Positions 37,841 through 51,934 of a stretch of DNA of 64,000 nucleotides are shown in pieces. The translations under genes were made by a program, and so were the position numbers. This DNA comes from Camelus dromedarius (lineage: Eukaryota). The stretch spans positions 15,376,001-15,440,000 of the forward strand of contig NC_087436.1 of NCBI RefSeq assembly GCF_036321535.1, in the 5' to 3' direction. A model generated the notes under the pieces. That model was given only the letters and a program-made list of their open reading frames with translations. It was not told the DNA's origin and made no database searches. Each line of letters opens with the position of its first letter. Position 1 is the first letter of the stretch.

Positions 37841-40800
37841 GGAATACTACTCAGCCATTAAAAAGTATGAAATTTTGCCATTTGCAGCAACATGAATAGA
37901 CTTGGAGGATATTATGTTAATGGAAGGATGTCAGACAGAGAAAAACAAATACTGTATGGTATCACTTTTATGTGGCATCTTATAAATACAAGAAACTAGT
38001 GAATACAACCAAAAAAAAGAAGCAAACACAGATACAGAGAACAATTAGAGGTTACCAATGGGGAGAAGGAAGGGGAAGGGGCAATACAGAGGTGGAGAAT
38101 TAAAAGGTACAAACTATTAGGTATAAAATAAGCTACAAGGATATATTGTACAGCACAGGGAATATAGCTAATATTTTACAATAACTATAAATGGAGTAGA
38201 ACCTTTAAAAAATTGTGAATCACTAGATTGTACACCTGTAACTTATATAATATTGTACATCAACTTTACTTCAATAAAAAATTATTTTAATTTAAAAAAA
38301 GGATGCAGCTCTGCATGTACTGATATGGAAAGGCTGCCAGGATATGTACAGAACAGCAAGTATATTACATCACCAGTTGTGTAAGGAAAAAAAGGAATGT
38401 GTTGTTCTGTGTGCTTGTAAAAGCATAGCCCATCTATGTGAAGTCACACAAGGACTTTGAGCTGGCTGCCTCAGCAGAGGGGCACAGGGTGTCTAGGAAC
38501 AGGGAGGCAGGGCAACTTGCTTTTCATTGTGTCCCTACATCTTCACTTTCTGAATTTGGTACCATGATTATGAACTACTTAGTGAAAATATTTTTTTAAT
38601 TTAACAAAATAAAAGCAAAAGAACATCCTAAACAAAAGGAAAGTACCTAAGCCCAGCTCAAGTGTAGCAATTACAGGGCACTTGAAGTCTCTTCTTTGTC
38701 TCTCTGGGAAAGGGAAAAGCCTGCACAACGGCCATACAGCCCGGTGGATATGAGTACGGATAAAAGATTACATTAATGTAATATGCTATTTGAGTCAATT
38801 ATAATGACCACAAAAGGCTTGAAAAGCATTTAATAGAAAACACGCAAAGGAAAACCAACTCCATCTGTAGCCTGTAAGTTGGTAACTGCCAATGGGATAA
38901 ACACAGATGAAAGTGGCATACTAGGAAAGCGTGAAGAATTCAGAAGAGTGGTACTCTTATTTTTAAGGACCACTTTTTCAAAATGCTTATTTTAATGTTA
39001 TTGTGCAATACTATTTATTGAATTAAATGTAGGCAGTTTACCTTCAGCTAATGACATTCACAGCTCTAGGAATCTGGAAGGTTAACGTTCTGTCAAAATA
39101 TTGGTCAGTCTAGATGCATGTTTCTCCATATGTAGTCAGAGGAACCCTGGGCTTCTCAGGGGTCTGTAAGGATCTCAGTAATTTGTAAGGACTTTTTTTT
39201 AAAGAAAAACCAAAATCAGTCAAAGTAAATATAGCTCACAGTGAAGATTTCTTTTATCCAAAAAAGCGTCCAGCACTACAATTTGCTGTAGTTATGCTTG
39301 AGCAGTGTCACCACTACCCACTGCCACTTTTTAAAATTATTTGGCTTTATTATAGGATTTTTTTTCCATTTGTACAAAACCTATTCTTTCAAACTGACAT
39401 TTGCCCTGAAAACTAAAGATCATTATGCACCTGTAAATAGGTTTCTTAAACATTCTTTAAAAAATATTGTACTCATTACCATCAGTTCTCACTGCTCTGA
39501 AGCCTGATTTTGCCACAAAATCATTCTGTGGACTTCAAACAGAACTGGTAAGAGACTCGTTACCCGTGAAAGGAGAAGTGCTTTATCTCACTGACAGGTG
39601 CGTTTTCTCTCTCTCTCTCTCCCCATCTTCTCATGCACAGAAATGCATCCACATCCATGTACACAAACATACACAAGTCTAGCTCTGCGCACAGATGAAA
39701 ATACTAATCTTTAGTTGCTACCTTTTCAGAGACTCCACAATAGAACCATGTGTAATGTGCAATTAACAAAGGATAATGGAGGCTCTTAATTTCTGCTTAG
39801 GGGTCCAGCATTTGGCTTACTGGGATGCCTTTCCAAGCAATAAAAGTAAAAACCGAAATGACTTACATTAAGCAGTTCCTCTGTCTCACCAAGGGTGGCT
39901 TATTGACTGGATGGCTGCCAGCCCCGTAAGGAGACCTGCAGAGGCTGTCCTCATGGGAAAGAAGGCATTAATTTATCTATAAGCCTCCAGAAACACCTGG
40001 GTAGATCGCAACTCTCCCAAATTCCACTGCAATTTATCTACACTTGCCCCTAGAGTGACTGGCACAGACTCGAAAATGGTTTCAGGCTATCTGTACTTCT
40101 TTAATTAAAACTCTTCTCTACTAAATTTACATGTGGGTATCAATGTGTTTTGCACAGAGAGGAAAGGAAAAGAAAGCAAAAGCAAGAAAAGAAAAATCAA
40201 AGTCAATGTTTTAAACTGACTTTTGTTTCAGATAAATTTTGCATTTGGCACTATTTCTCCCTAGAGTTGGTGCTTCAGGTAGAAAACTATGAGCAAGAAG
40301 AGTAGACAATGGTTCCTACTTTCCCCAGAAAAGCATCCTGCACTTTAATTAACCACTTAAAATTAAAGGATCTGTGAAGAGGTAGGGAAGCAAAAGAGGA
40401 ATTTGGTCATTCCTTTTTTGGCAAGAATAATGTTACATAACATTAACATATATATGCATAATAATTCATTCCCATTCTATGCCCTGCAGGATTACCAAAA
40501 ATTAATTATCTGAGTCGATACTACTGGAATGGAACTTATCTGGAGAACAGGTTCCAATATCAGGGCATAAGACAAGACATGACTCCTGAACACCCCTTAG
40601 CAAGGCACTTGTTGGAAACCAACAGACATTTTCTCATTAAGTTGAAGAAATAGTTGAGTATCCAACAAAGCAGTAGGCATTTGGGGTGAGGTTGTACAAA
40701 CAATAACGTGTATCTTCAAACGCAAGAGTGATTTTCAGCACAGTGAGATACTCACACTATGAGAGGCAGGTAGAGAGAGAGACCAATAAGGAAACAGCAG

Positions 40801-42948
40801 GTATGTACACCTACAATTCCCCAAGAATAAACTCACAAGTATCTGAATCCTTTAAGCTACTGCCCTCTCTTTCTTTGATTTTTTTGGGAGGTCAAGGATA
40901 TATACACTGGATGAGGTTACTACACAACTGTGGAGCTTCCATCAGAATAACTACCCTAGAGGAGCTTCATAAATATTAATTATACAGCAAATTTGCACTA
41001 AGTTCCAAGTAAATTCTATTTCCTGCTTTCATGGAAAAGGAATCTAATATAGGCAAACCATCCAGGAGACAACTCAAATAAAATTAAAGACAGATTTTTT
41101 TTCCCATTAAGTAAACATGTCTCTGTTTCCAAAATATTTTAAATTTACACCCACAAATAGATCAAACAAACATTGCCAATTAGCAATTCGGTAATAAACA
41201 GCAAACTCTGGAAAAAGATTCCTCAAAAGTGAGGGAAAGGATACTGACAGAATGGAAATCAAACAAATACACTAAGTATTTGGCTTTCAGGTAGACCTGG
41301 TTATGCTAATTCTAGTATTTAGCTAATAAACTGATAGGGAAATTAACAGCAATAACTTCTGGCTCTGTCATACGAATTGTTCATGTCTAGGTTCTTTCTG
41401 TAAGAAATCTAAAGAGAATGTTAAGCTTTAAATCTGACCATATTTAGTCCTGAGGGCTTCCAAAAATATGCTTATGATAATTAAAGTACATTTAAAATAT
41501 AAGGTTTTACCTTAGCACCAGAGGACCTTTCACATGTTTCTATATTGATCATTGAGAGAATAAAATTATCCTCTCGAAAAAGTTGCCACCACCTTTTTTT
41601 ATCCTGTATTCTGAGAACTTACGCCCTAAAGCAAGAAAAAGGTAAAGGACTGCTCTAATGCTAGAGTTAAATATTTTACATGATTATATCACAATAACAT
41701 CTTCTTTAGTCTAACATAATCAGTATTCTATATTTGTTGCCTGCACAAAACTATAATTACTCGTTGATTTGATCAAAATTACTAGCTGACTTGAGCAATT
41801 CAGTCTGCCAGCCAGCCTACAGGGTAATTAGTCAAAACAACAGTGTATCACAATGACTAATATGTTTCTGAATGATGGTTAGGCTATCTACAACATCATG
41901 GCAACGCTTAGATTCAGTTCCAAAACCTCAGTTCATCTTGTTTCACTTCACAGACTATTTTCCTCATAATTTAATTTACTCTGCACACAGTTGGGAGTTT
42001 TTCCTCTCCTTCAAGGGAGAAAGTGACAATAAGAGCCAAAGCACAAAATTCAGTGAAATCACATACTCCTGTTTCCAAAAAAAAAAAAAAAAAAAAAAAA
42101 GAGGATGAGGAGGAGGCTTGTTTCCTTACTGTGAAAAGGGAGTACAGTCAAGGAGAAAGAAATAAAAATAGATTCTCACCAATCAAACCACTTTCAGTGC
42201 TTCAAATTCCATTAAAGGCCACAATTCTGTTGATTTGATGCCAAACACCTCTGAAATGTTCTTACCCAAGAAAAGTGTGTTTTTTGAAAGAACAAGGAAG
42301 CAATACATTTAAAGGCTGGAGAAAATTTTCTTCCATTTACTTTGGTCAGTGAAACATCTATCATACAGAGACACAAACACCTCCCAGAATAAAAGATCAG
42401 AAGAACTACACTAGTAGAAGATCAAAGAGCCAGTGCCTCTGGGGGAATCATACAAGCAACTGTCTGAACAGAGCCCCCTGTGATTTCTCTCCTAAATCTG
42501 GCTGATATGACTGAGAAGACACAACACAGAACGCAGAACATGCCAGCCAAAAGAAGGCAATTACAAATAATTCATTCTGGTTTGGCTCTCTACAGAGAAA
42601 GAGTCTTTCAAAGCCATTAAATAGAATAGCTATATAATGACATGAAAATTTTTAACAAGCAAACATGTTCAAATTATCTACATGCTAACTACAACCAAGC
42701 ACATGAAATTAGCACATGTTCAGCATAACAGCACATCTGGTACAAACAATGATAGAGATATATGTATAGTAAATATTTGCAAAAGTGTAGAAAGATGCAC
42801 TTAACAGATGCCCTCAGATTTAATTCCATCTGCTTGGGATGAAAAAGAACACTCTGTCCATTCTTGCCACATAAAAGAATAAGTTGTCATTAAAAATTGA
42901 AAGGTAGAATTCAAAGCAGAAATATAACACATCCAGTATAATATTTCC

Positions 42949-45900
42949 TTGTTTTATTTAAGTATAGTCAGTTTACAATATTATGTCAATTTCTGGTGTA
43001 CAGCATGTTTCAGTCATACATATACATACATATATTTCTTTATATATTCTTTTTCATTATAGGTTACTACAAGATAATTGAATATAGTTCCCTGTCCAAT
43101 ATACTATAAAACTGTTGCTTATCTATTTTAAATATAGTAGTTAGTATCTGGAAATCTCAAACTCCCAATTTATCCCTTCCTACCCACTTCCCCTCCTGGA
43201 AACCATATGTTTGTTTTCTGTCTGTGAGTCTGTTTTTGTTTTGTAAATAAGTTCATTTGTGTATTTTTTTTTAAGATTCCATATATAAGTGATATCATGT
43301 GGTATTTTTCTTTCTCTTTCTGGCTTTCTTTACTTAGATTGACGATCTCCAGGTCCATCCATGTTGCTGCAAATGGTATTATTTCATTCTTTTTTATTGC
43401 TGAGTAGTATTCCATTGTATAAATATACCACAACTTCTTTATCCAGTCATCTGTCAATGGACATTAGGTTGTTTCTATGTCTTGGCTATTGTAAACTGTG
43501 CTGCTATGAACACTGGGGAGCATGGGGGCATGTATCTTTTCAAATTAGAGTTCCCTCAAGATATATGCCCAGAAGTGGGATTGTTGGATCATATGGTAAG
43601 TTAATTTTTAGGTTTTTGAGGAATCTCCATACTTTTTTCCATAATGGCTGCACCCAACTACATTCCCAACAACAGTGTAGGAGGGTTCCCTTTTCTCCGA
43701 ACCGTCTCCAGCATTTATTATTACTTGTGAACTTTTCAATAATAGCCATGCTGACTGGTTTGAGGTAATACACTTCATTGTAGTTTTGACTTGCATTTCT
43801 CTGATAATTAGCAATATTGAGCATTTTTTCCTGTGACTATTGGCCATTTGTATGTCTTCACTGGATAAATGTTTGCTTAGGTCTTCTGTCCAGTTTTGCC
43901 TTGGGTTGTTTGTTTCTTTCGTTATTAAGTTGTATGAGCTGTTTATATATTCTGGAAATTAAACTTTTGTCAGTCACATCATTTGCAAATATTTTATCCC
44001 ATTCCTTGGGTTGTCTTTTCGTTTTGTTTATGGTTTCCTTTGCTGTGCAAAAAGTTGTAAGTTTAACTAGGTTACATTTGTTTAGTTTTGCTTTTATTTT
44101 TATTGCCTGAGTAGACTGCCCAAGGAGAACATTACTAAGATTTATGTCCCAAAATGTTTTGCCTATGTTTTCTTCTAGGTTTATAGTGTCTTGTCTTATG
44201 TTTAAGTCTTTAAGCCATTTTGAGTTTATTTTTGTGTATGGTATGAGAGAGTGTTCTAACTTCATTGACTTACATGCTGCTATCCAGTTTTCCCAGCACC
44301 ACTTGCCAAAGAGACTGTGTTTTCTCCATTGTATATTCTTGCCTCCTTTGTTGAAGATTAATTGACCATAAGTCTGTGGGTTTATTTCTAAGCTCTCTAT
44401 TCTGTCCCATTGACCCATATCTCTATTTTTGTGCCAGTACAACTGCTGTTTAGATTACTGTAGCTCTGTAGTATTATATGAAGTCTGGGAGGGTTATTTC
44501 TCCGGCTCTGTTCTTTTTCTTCAGTGTTGCTTTGGCAATTCTGCATGTTTTGCGGTTTCATATAAATTTTAGGATTATTTGTTCTAATTCTGTGAAAAAT
44601 GTTCTGGGTAATTTGATAGGGATCACATTAAATCTGTAGATTGCTTTGGGCAGTATGGCCATTTTAACAATATTGATTCTTCCAATCCAAGCACATGGGA
44701 TAGGTTTTAATTTCTTTAAATCACCTTTAATTTCCTTAATCAATGTTTTGTAGTTCTCCATGTATAAGTCTTTCACCTCCTTGGTCATGTTTATTCCTAA
44801 ATATTTTACTTTTGGGGATGCAATTTTAAAAAGAATTGTTTCTTTACTGTCCTTTTCTGGTATTTCATTGTTAGTGTAAAGAAATGCCACTGATTTCTGT
44901 ATGTTAATCTTGTATCCTGCTACCTTGCAGAATTCTTTTATTGGCTCTAGCAGTTTTTGTGTGGGCCTTTAGGGTCTTCTATGTACAGTGTCATGACACC
45001 TGCACATAGTGACAATTTTATCTCTTCTCTTCCAATTTGCATCCTTTTTATTTCCTTTCCTTGTCTGATTGTTGTGGCTAGGACTTCCAATACTATGTTG
45101 AATACAAGTGGTGAGAGTGGACATTCCAAATTTTAGTGGGAAAGCTTTCAACATTTCACTGTTGAGTATTATGTTGACTGTGGGTTTATCATAAATTGCT
45201 TTTATTATGTTGCTATATGCTTCCTCTATACCCACTTTGGTAAGAGTTTTTATCATAAAAGGGTGTTGAATTTTATCAAATTCTTTTTCTGCATCTATTG
45301 AAATGATCATGTGATTTTTATCCTTTCTTCTGTTGAGGTGTCAAACGTTGATTGATTTGCATATGTTGAACCATCCTTATCACCCTAGGATGAATCCAAC
45401 TCGATTGTAGTGTATGATATTTTTTATGTGTTGTTGGATTGTGTCTGTTAATATTTTGTTGAGGATTTTTGCATCTATGTTCATCAGCGGTATTAGCCAG
45501 TAATTTTCTTTTTTGGTAGTGTCTTTGTTTGGCTTTGGTATCAGGGTAATGGTGGCTTCATAGAATGTGTCTGGGAGTGTTCCCTCCTCTTCAGTCTTTT
45601 GGAAGAGTTTGAGAAAGATCAGTATGAGTTCTTCTGTGTATGTTCAGTAGAATTTTCCAGTGAAACCATCTGATACTGAACTTTTGCTTGCAGGGAGGCT
45701 TTTTATTGCTGATTCTGTTTCTCTTCTAGTGATTGGTCTGTTCAAATGATCTATTTCTTCTTGATTCAGTTTTGGTGGACTGTATGTTTCTAGAAACTTT
45801 TCTCTTTCTGCTAGTTGTCCAATTTGTTGTCATATCATTGTTCATAGTATTCTCTTACGGTTTTTTTCTATTTCTGTGGTGTTGGTTCTAATTTCTCCAT

Positions 45901-47371
45901 TTTCCTTTCTCACTTTATTTACTTGTGTCCTTTCTCTTTTCTTCTTGGTAAGCCTGGCCAAAGGGTTTGTCTAATTGGTTTACTCTTTCAAAATACCAGC
46001 TCTTGGTTTGATTGATTTTTTCCATTGTTTTTTAAATCTCTTTTCCTTTTTCCCTCCCTTGTCTTTATTATTTATTTCCTTCTGCTGACTTTAGGTTTTG
46101 TTTGTTCTTCCAGTTCTTTTAGATGGTAGGTTAGGTTGTTTATTTGAGATAGCTCTTGTTTTTTGAGGAAGGCTCTTGTTTTGAACTTCTCTCTTAGAAC
46201 TGTGTTTGCTGCATCCTATAGATTTTGTGCCACTGTGTTTTTATTGTCATTTGTCTCAAGGTATTTTTTAATTTCTTCTTTGATTTCATAATTGACTCAT
46301 TGGTTTTTTTTAGTAGCATGTTGTTTAGTCTCCACACAGTCATTTTTTTCTCATTTTTCTTTCTGTAGCTGATTTCTAGTTTCATGCCATTGTGGTCAGA
46401 AAAGATGCTTGAAATAATTTCTATCCTCTTAAGTTTGTTGAGGCTTCTTCTGTGCCCGAGTATGTGGTCTATCCCAGAGAATGTTCCATATATACCTGAA
46501 AATAATGTACATCCTGTTTTGGGGGGATGTCATGTCCTGAAAATATCAACTAAGTCTAACTGTTCTATTGTGTTATTTAGTATCTCTGTTGCCTTATTGA
46601 TTTTCTGTCTGGAAAACCTGTCCAATGATGTTAATGGGGTGTTAAAGTCCCCTACTATTACTGTTTCCCATCAGTTTCTCCCTTTATGTCTGACAGTATT
46701 TGTTTTATGTATTTATTAATATAAGTGCTCCTATATTGGGTGCATATATGTTAACAAGTGTAATATCCTCATCTTGTATTGCTCCTATTTTATCATTATA
46801 TAGTGTCCTTCTTTATCTTTCTTTATGGCCTTTGTTTTAAAGTCTATTTTATCTGATATGAGGATTGCTACCCCCACTTTCTTGTCTTTTCTATTTGCAT
46901 GAAACATCTTTTTCCTCTCACTTTCAATCTGTGTGTGTCCTTCACTCCAAAGTGAGTCTCTTGTAGGCAGCGTATTGTAGGTTCTTGTTTTATTATCCAA
47001 TCTGCCACTCTGTGTCTTTTGATTGGGACATTTAGTCCATTGACATTTACGGTAATTATTGACAGATGTGTGTTTGTTGCCATTTTAAACTTTGTTTTCC
47101 AGTTGATTTTGTATTTCTTCTTTGTTCCTTTCTTTTTCTTTTTCTTTCTTTTTTTTTTTTCCTTTTGTGGTTTGATAATTTTCTTTTGTATTAGCTTGGT
47201 TTCTTTCCTTTTTGGTTTTTGTGACTCTATTGTATGCTTTTGATTTGTGGTTAACCTGTTTTCCATTATGTTAACCCATTATTGTATCTATTTGCTTTAG
47301 ACTGGTAATCATATAGGCTCAAACACATTCTAAGAAGGACAAGAAAGAAAATCTACATTTTCTTATCTCCC
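42949..47371 (-). mobile_element. 5'-truncated L1 (about 4.4 kb; inter-ORF spacer, disrupted ORF2, 3' UTR), sense to FHIP1A
   Basis: ORF2 starts MATNTHLSIITVNVNGLNVPIKRHRVADWI at 47083. Fragments [19 protein letters not shown] and YWHKNRDMGQWDRIE. RT motif decayed to LCAGVM. Camelid-type 3' UTR near 42960-43200. Confidence 0.93.
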
Positions 47372-47563
47372 TATGGTAATGTAGTTTTTGCTTTGTATTA
47401 TAGTTCTTTCAGAACCAGACTCTAGTCTCCTTGAGGGTAGGGAATCACATCTTATATTATTCATAGGTGATTCAATAAGCATTGTCTGCTGCCCAAGATA
47501 TGCCATGTTGAGCATGTGAATAAAATCCAGTCCCAGGCCTCAGGGAATAAGCGGCTTACTGGC

Positions 47564-47581
47564 GGGGGGGGGGGGGGGGGG
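47564..47581. repeat. G18 homopolymer
   Basis: Read directly. Confidence 0.95.
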
Positions 47582-47624
47582 TCCTGTCATGTCAGGTAAC
47601 AGTAATAGCCCCCAGTGGGAAGGG

Positions 47625-47790
47625 ATGCCACTTACTGGGTACTCCTTGCCAGGCACCACATTAAACCGCCTGTTTAATTCTCACAACCACCCAGTGAGGC
47701 AGGGAATGTCATACTTATTTTACAGATGAAGAAACTGAAGCTTAGAGAAAAGTGAATAGTGGCATTAACAAGAAGCTGAGTCAGGAGGGC
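47625..47790 (-). mobile_element. MIR SINE
   Basis: tttaattctcacaaccacccagtgagg...attttacagatgaagaaactgaagcttagaga. Confidence 0.8.
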
Positions 47791-49085
47791 TGCGAGAACT
47801 AGGAAGACCGGATGGGAGAGAGGAAGAGTAAATGTACAGCCGTGGTCAGGAGAGGAAATGGGGATGGGCTTCACCAAGGCCAGGCTCCTTCACTGATACC
47901 ATGACAGTACAGGAATATATCTGAGGGTGACCCAGGGAAGCAGGTCACCTAAGCAAATGAGAAGCATGGTCGAAATATGAAATGAAAATATGATGTGATT
48001 CCCTGCATTCCAGGCCCTAATGAAGTATCTCCATTTGTTTATTTGTTTTACCATAAGGTCCACAAAAGAGAATTTGTACCTATCACAAATTCAAATTTCA
48101 GGGAGGTTAAAAGTTTGGGGCTAGGCAAAAAAACAGTGGCTTGAAGAAGCTGGGACCACGAGTCAGCTAGTCACGCTACGTATCCAAGAGTCTAGAAAAC
48201 TTCAGCCTGTGGAGATGCTGTGAAATTTCCCTGCTTACATAAGGTCTAGCTACACAAATAAAATCCAACTGGTTAGCAATTCCAATGCATGTTAGAAAGA
48301 TTAATAAAACTGATTATCCTACTAGTTAAAAAAAGAAATAAAACACAAATATGAGCCATTTAATATATCCTGATTCATCACTTTAGTTCTAAGAGAGTGG
48401 AGATGTTCAAATCTATTGCAAGATGCATTACCCAAAATGCTGATCCCAAACATTATTGTATTTTCCTTTTCATATGGTATATACTGATCAATAGTGTGGG
48501 GAAAAGCTCATAAATTCAGTTATATATCTATAGTAACTTTCTGTATATAATTTAAATTAGCAAATTAAAATGTAACTGCACGTGTTTTTCAGTAATTGTT
48601 TATGAAATATAAAATCATGCGCTATTTTAAATAAAAATTCAGGTCATTATTTCTTACATGAAATCCTCCCTGTGGATCTGATTCTGCAGTTTGGCTCCTT
48701 GTTTTATAAAATTTCTGTAACCATGCTCATCTTCCCCATGCAGCATGGTCCTAGACTTCTCCTCAGATAGTTATAACAAAAGGCACATTCCTCTGTGAGC
48801 AATTTAAGAATCTGTGACTTAGCCAGATTTGGAATTTAATACTAGAATAAATCACACCATGAATTAGGTAAATTGTATTTTAACAGTGGTTCTATTTTTA
48901 CAGGCTTATACATCAAACTGTCTTAACACATACACACACACACGGGAAAACTGGATTTGTTGACAGATTGTTTCTTGTACCACTCCCCATCTATCTTAAA
49001 ACCCTACTCATCACACAAAGATTATCTGACGACCCTCTCTCTACACTCTCCTACCCTTTTACTGAATTTGAAGGGTTAACAGCAC

Positions 49086-49489
49086 TGTACTGGATGCTGT
49101 GGCATCCACCCAGTCTCTCCAGGACCGAGAGATTTATTCTCCCAGCTGCTAGGAGTGCTGTTAGCTGTCAGCCTCTCTAGAAATCACTCTCTGCTGAAGA
49201 CAGCCACTTCGTCTAAGATTACACCCTCCCCATGAAGGCAGCCCACACCCATGCCAGGATAAAGAGAGGATGTGACTCCTTGACCCTCAAGTCAGGACAG
49301 CTCCAGAGCCCTCTGCAGGGTCAGCCCAGGCCTTCGTGGAGACTTCACTGCAGCCCTCTGCCATCTCTCTCTGCTCAGTGCTGCCTCCTTCTCTCCCCAC
49401 AGTATAGATTCAAAGAGCATATCCTAAAGAACTCCTGCACGCAGTATCTCATCTCAGCGTCTGCAGCCCAGGATGACCTGCAGCGAACA
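49086..49489 (+). mobile_element. LTR16-like ERVL solo LTR
   Basis: tgtactggatgctgtgg...cccagctgctaggagtgctg...ctcctgcacgcagtatctcatctcagcgtctgc...gcgaaca. Confidence 0.7.
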
Positions 49490-50167
49490 CCACCACTACC
49501 AGTCAGCTCTGAGAAACTACCTACCTATCTAAGGTTATGAAAGACACTTAGAAGAAAAGATTTTTTAAAAATAAGAGTTCTTTAAAATGTCACAAGCTTT
49601 CAAACAGAGAAAGAACATCACTTTTGCTGGGCAAACTAATAAAAACAATACACCAAGGCTGCTTAAATTATTTAAATCAATGTTTTCCAATATTCAGTGT
49701 TTTATAACACTGAATGATTCCTAAACCAATATTAAAAATTAACACCAAAAGTGGCTTTTACTCTACGTGCTTAGATTACCATTTTAAAAACACTTATCCG
49801 TTATGTTAGACTGGTAGGCAATTTGAATAATTTTAAATACATACACATATACCAACAGCCTAAAGAATAAGACAAATAAATTAACCCAGCTACTAACTTT
49901 TTTCTTTCAAAAATAAACTCTTCTAAAACTTTTCAAGTTCCCTGAAAACAGCAGAAAGAGTAAGGGAGGAGAGAAAAGGAAGGAGAGATTTTCTCCCTCT
50001 GTTTCAACACGTGTTCTCTCCCTTTCAAATAAACTAGTCTTCAGCCATGTGAAAAGAAGGACATGTGTCCTATAACCACATTTTGTTTTAAGGGAACTGT
50101 CTCTCCAGAAAACTAGCTCAAATATGAACTATCAAGCTGATATTTCCAAAGCAGCTGTCACTACGGT

Positions 50168-50495
50168 CCACACAAAGAACACTGGATCAGGGGTCAGGAT
50201 TCCTGGGTCCCAATCCTGGCACTGGCACTGACCACAAATGTGACCTCAGAAAGGTCGTGATGATTGAGGGCTTTGGCTGGTGAGTCCAGGAGACCCAGGT
50301 TCAAGTCCAACTCCCATCACTTACTAGCTGTGTGACCTTGGGCAGGACCTTAAACCTCTCTAAGTCTGTAAAGCAGAGATGATGACAGTGGTGCCTACCT
50401 CACAGGGCTGCCAGGGAGACCGGACGCAACTGTGCAAGTGAGTGCTCGGCACAGTGTCTCTCACTGTAAACACTAATAAAAGTGAGCTATTACTA
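50168..50495 (+). mobile_element. Two adjacent MIR remnants
   Basis: ccaggttcaagtcc...cacttactagctgtgtgaccttgggcagg...ctacctcacagggctg, preceded by a partial MIR 5' half. Confidence 0.8.
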
Positions 50496-51136
50496 TGAGC
50501 TATTTTTCAGTCTGTGCCTGCCAGGACCTAGGAACTTTTGGGAAAAGCAGTGTTTCAGGCATTTAAAAAGAATGAATATTAAAATTCTCTAAGATGTCAA
50601 TTCATGGCTTTTATCAGATTTATATTCTAGATTTCCACAGATCTTGCTGAGGGGGAAAAGTGTCTAACAGTTCAAAGTACATTAACTAGATGATCTTGAA
50701 CTTTTAGGCTTCTTTCTGTGAGTCCAAGGCCTGCTCCAAAGGGGGCCTTTTCTCTGAGAGCCACTGTTTTCACCCTAAAGTGGAGACGTGCGTACTGACT
50801 GCTTCCTAGAGCCCTTCTTTCTACTGCATGTCCAGCCCTGGTACTGCGGTACTCCTGCCCCTTCTCACACAACATACAATGCAACCAATCGATGGCCTGC
50901 AGCCCTTTATGACAACTCTTCAGGGGACAAGACAGCCAGTCTATAGCATCACTACACAAAGCATGTCACAACTATCTTCTCCTGGTTTCTGAGTGGGAAA
51001 AATCCACTTCAATCAGAACTGCCAACCTAAAGAAAGAAATGCTATGTGGTTTTCAAACTAAAGGAACAACTGGCCAGGCACAGAGCAGCTGGAGCTGCTG
51101 GAGTTGATAAAGTGAGAACCAAAAAGAATGTCACTG

Positions 51137-51633
51137 CCTGGATAAAGAAGTTGTGGTATATTTATACAATGCAATACTACTCAGCCTTTAAAAAAAAAAG
51201 AATAAAATAATGCCATTTACAGCAACATGCATGGACCTAGAGATCATCGTTCTAAGTAAGCCAGAAAGAAAAATGTCATATGATATCACTCTTATGTGGA
51301 ATCCAAAAAAAAGAAAAAGAACACTATAAACTCATCTACAAAACAGTAACAGACTCACAGACATAGTAAATAATCTTATGGTTACTGGGGAAAGGGGGTG
51401 TGGAAGGGATAAATTTGGGAGTTTGAGATTTACAAATGTTAGTCACTGTATATAAAAATAGATTTTTAAAAATGTTTCTTCAGAATAGCACAGAGAACTA
51501 TGTTCAATGTCTTGTAATAACCTTCAATGAAAAAGAATAAAAACAAATAAATGTATGTATATGCATGACTGGGACATTGTGCTGTACACCAGAAATTGAC
51601 ACATTGTAATTGAGATACTTCAATTAAAAAAAA
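51137..51633 (+). mobile_element. L1 3' fragment, camelid type, about 0.5 kb
   Basis: L1 3' UTR plus A-tail. 16-bp TSD AAAAAGAATG(T/C)CACTG at 51121-51136 and 51634-51649. Confidence 0.93.
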
Positions 51634-51934
51634 AAAAAGAATGCCACTGTGACTGCAACCTGAGACTTCGAACCACCCCCGGCCAAGGAGGCCTGGCCAC
51701 CTGGAGAAACAACACTTAGGTTCTGAAGTAACAGCAGATTGGTTTTGTTTCTGAGATAGAGAGTCTGCAGTTAAACCTGAGGATTTCCATGGCCCCCTTT
51801 GTTAACATGTTGTATGTCTGTCCCCACTTTCCCGAGGCACCTCCAGATCTATTCATAGTAGACATTGTCTTAAGATTTCTTCTCACTCCTCGGGTCTCAG
51901 CTGACATGCCTCCACTACTAGGAAGGCTTCCCAG

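Larger units (their letters stand above)
30012..38291 (+). mobile_element. Near-full-length decayed L1 (5' UTR, ORF1, ORF2, 3' UTR) with a nested L1
   Basis: 5' end caagatggcagaacagaaagac; ORF1 and ORF2 remnants; 3' end tacttcaataaaaa. Degenerate TSD aaaaaggatataac / aaaaaggatgcagc. Flanked on both sides by an older L1ME-like remnant. Confidence 0.93.

Noticed and set aside
42077..42100. A24 tract as the tail of a processed pseudogene
   Set aside because: There is no recognisable upstream mRNA-like sequence, poly(A) signal or TSD.
30012..47371. Retrotransposition-competent L1
   Set aside because: Both long L1s have many stops and frameshifts and destroyed RT FADD motifs.
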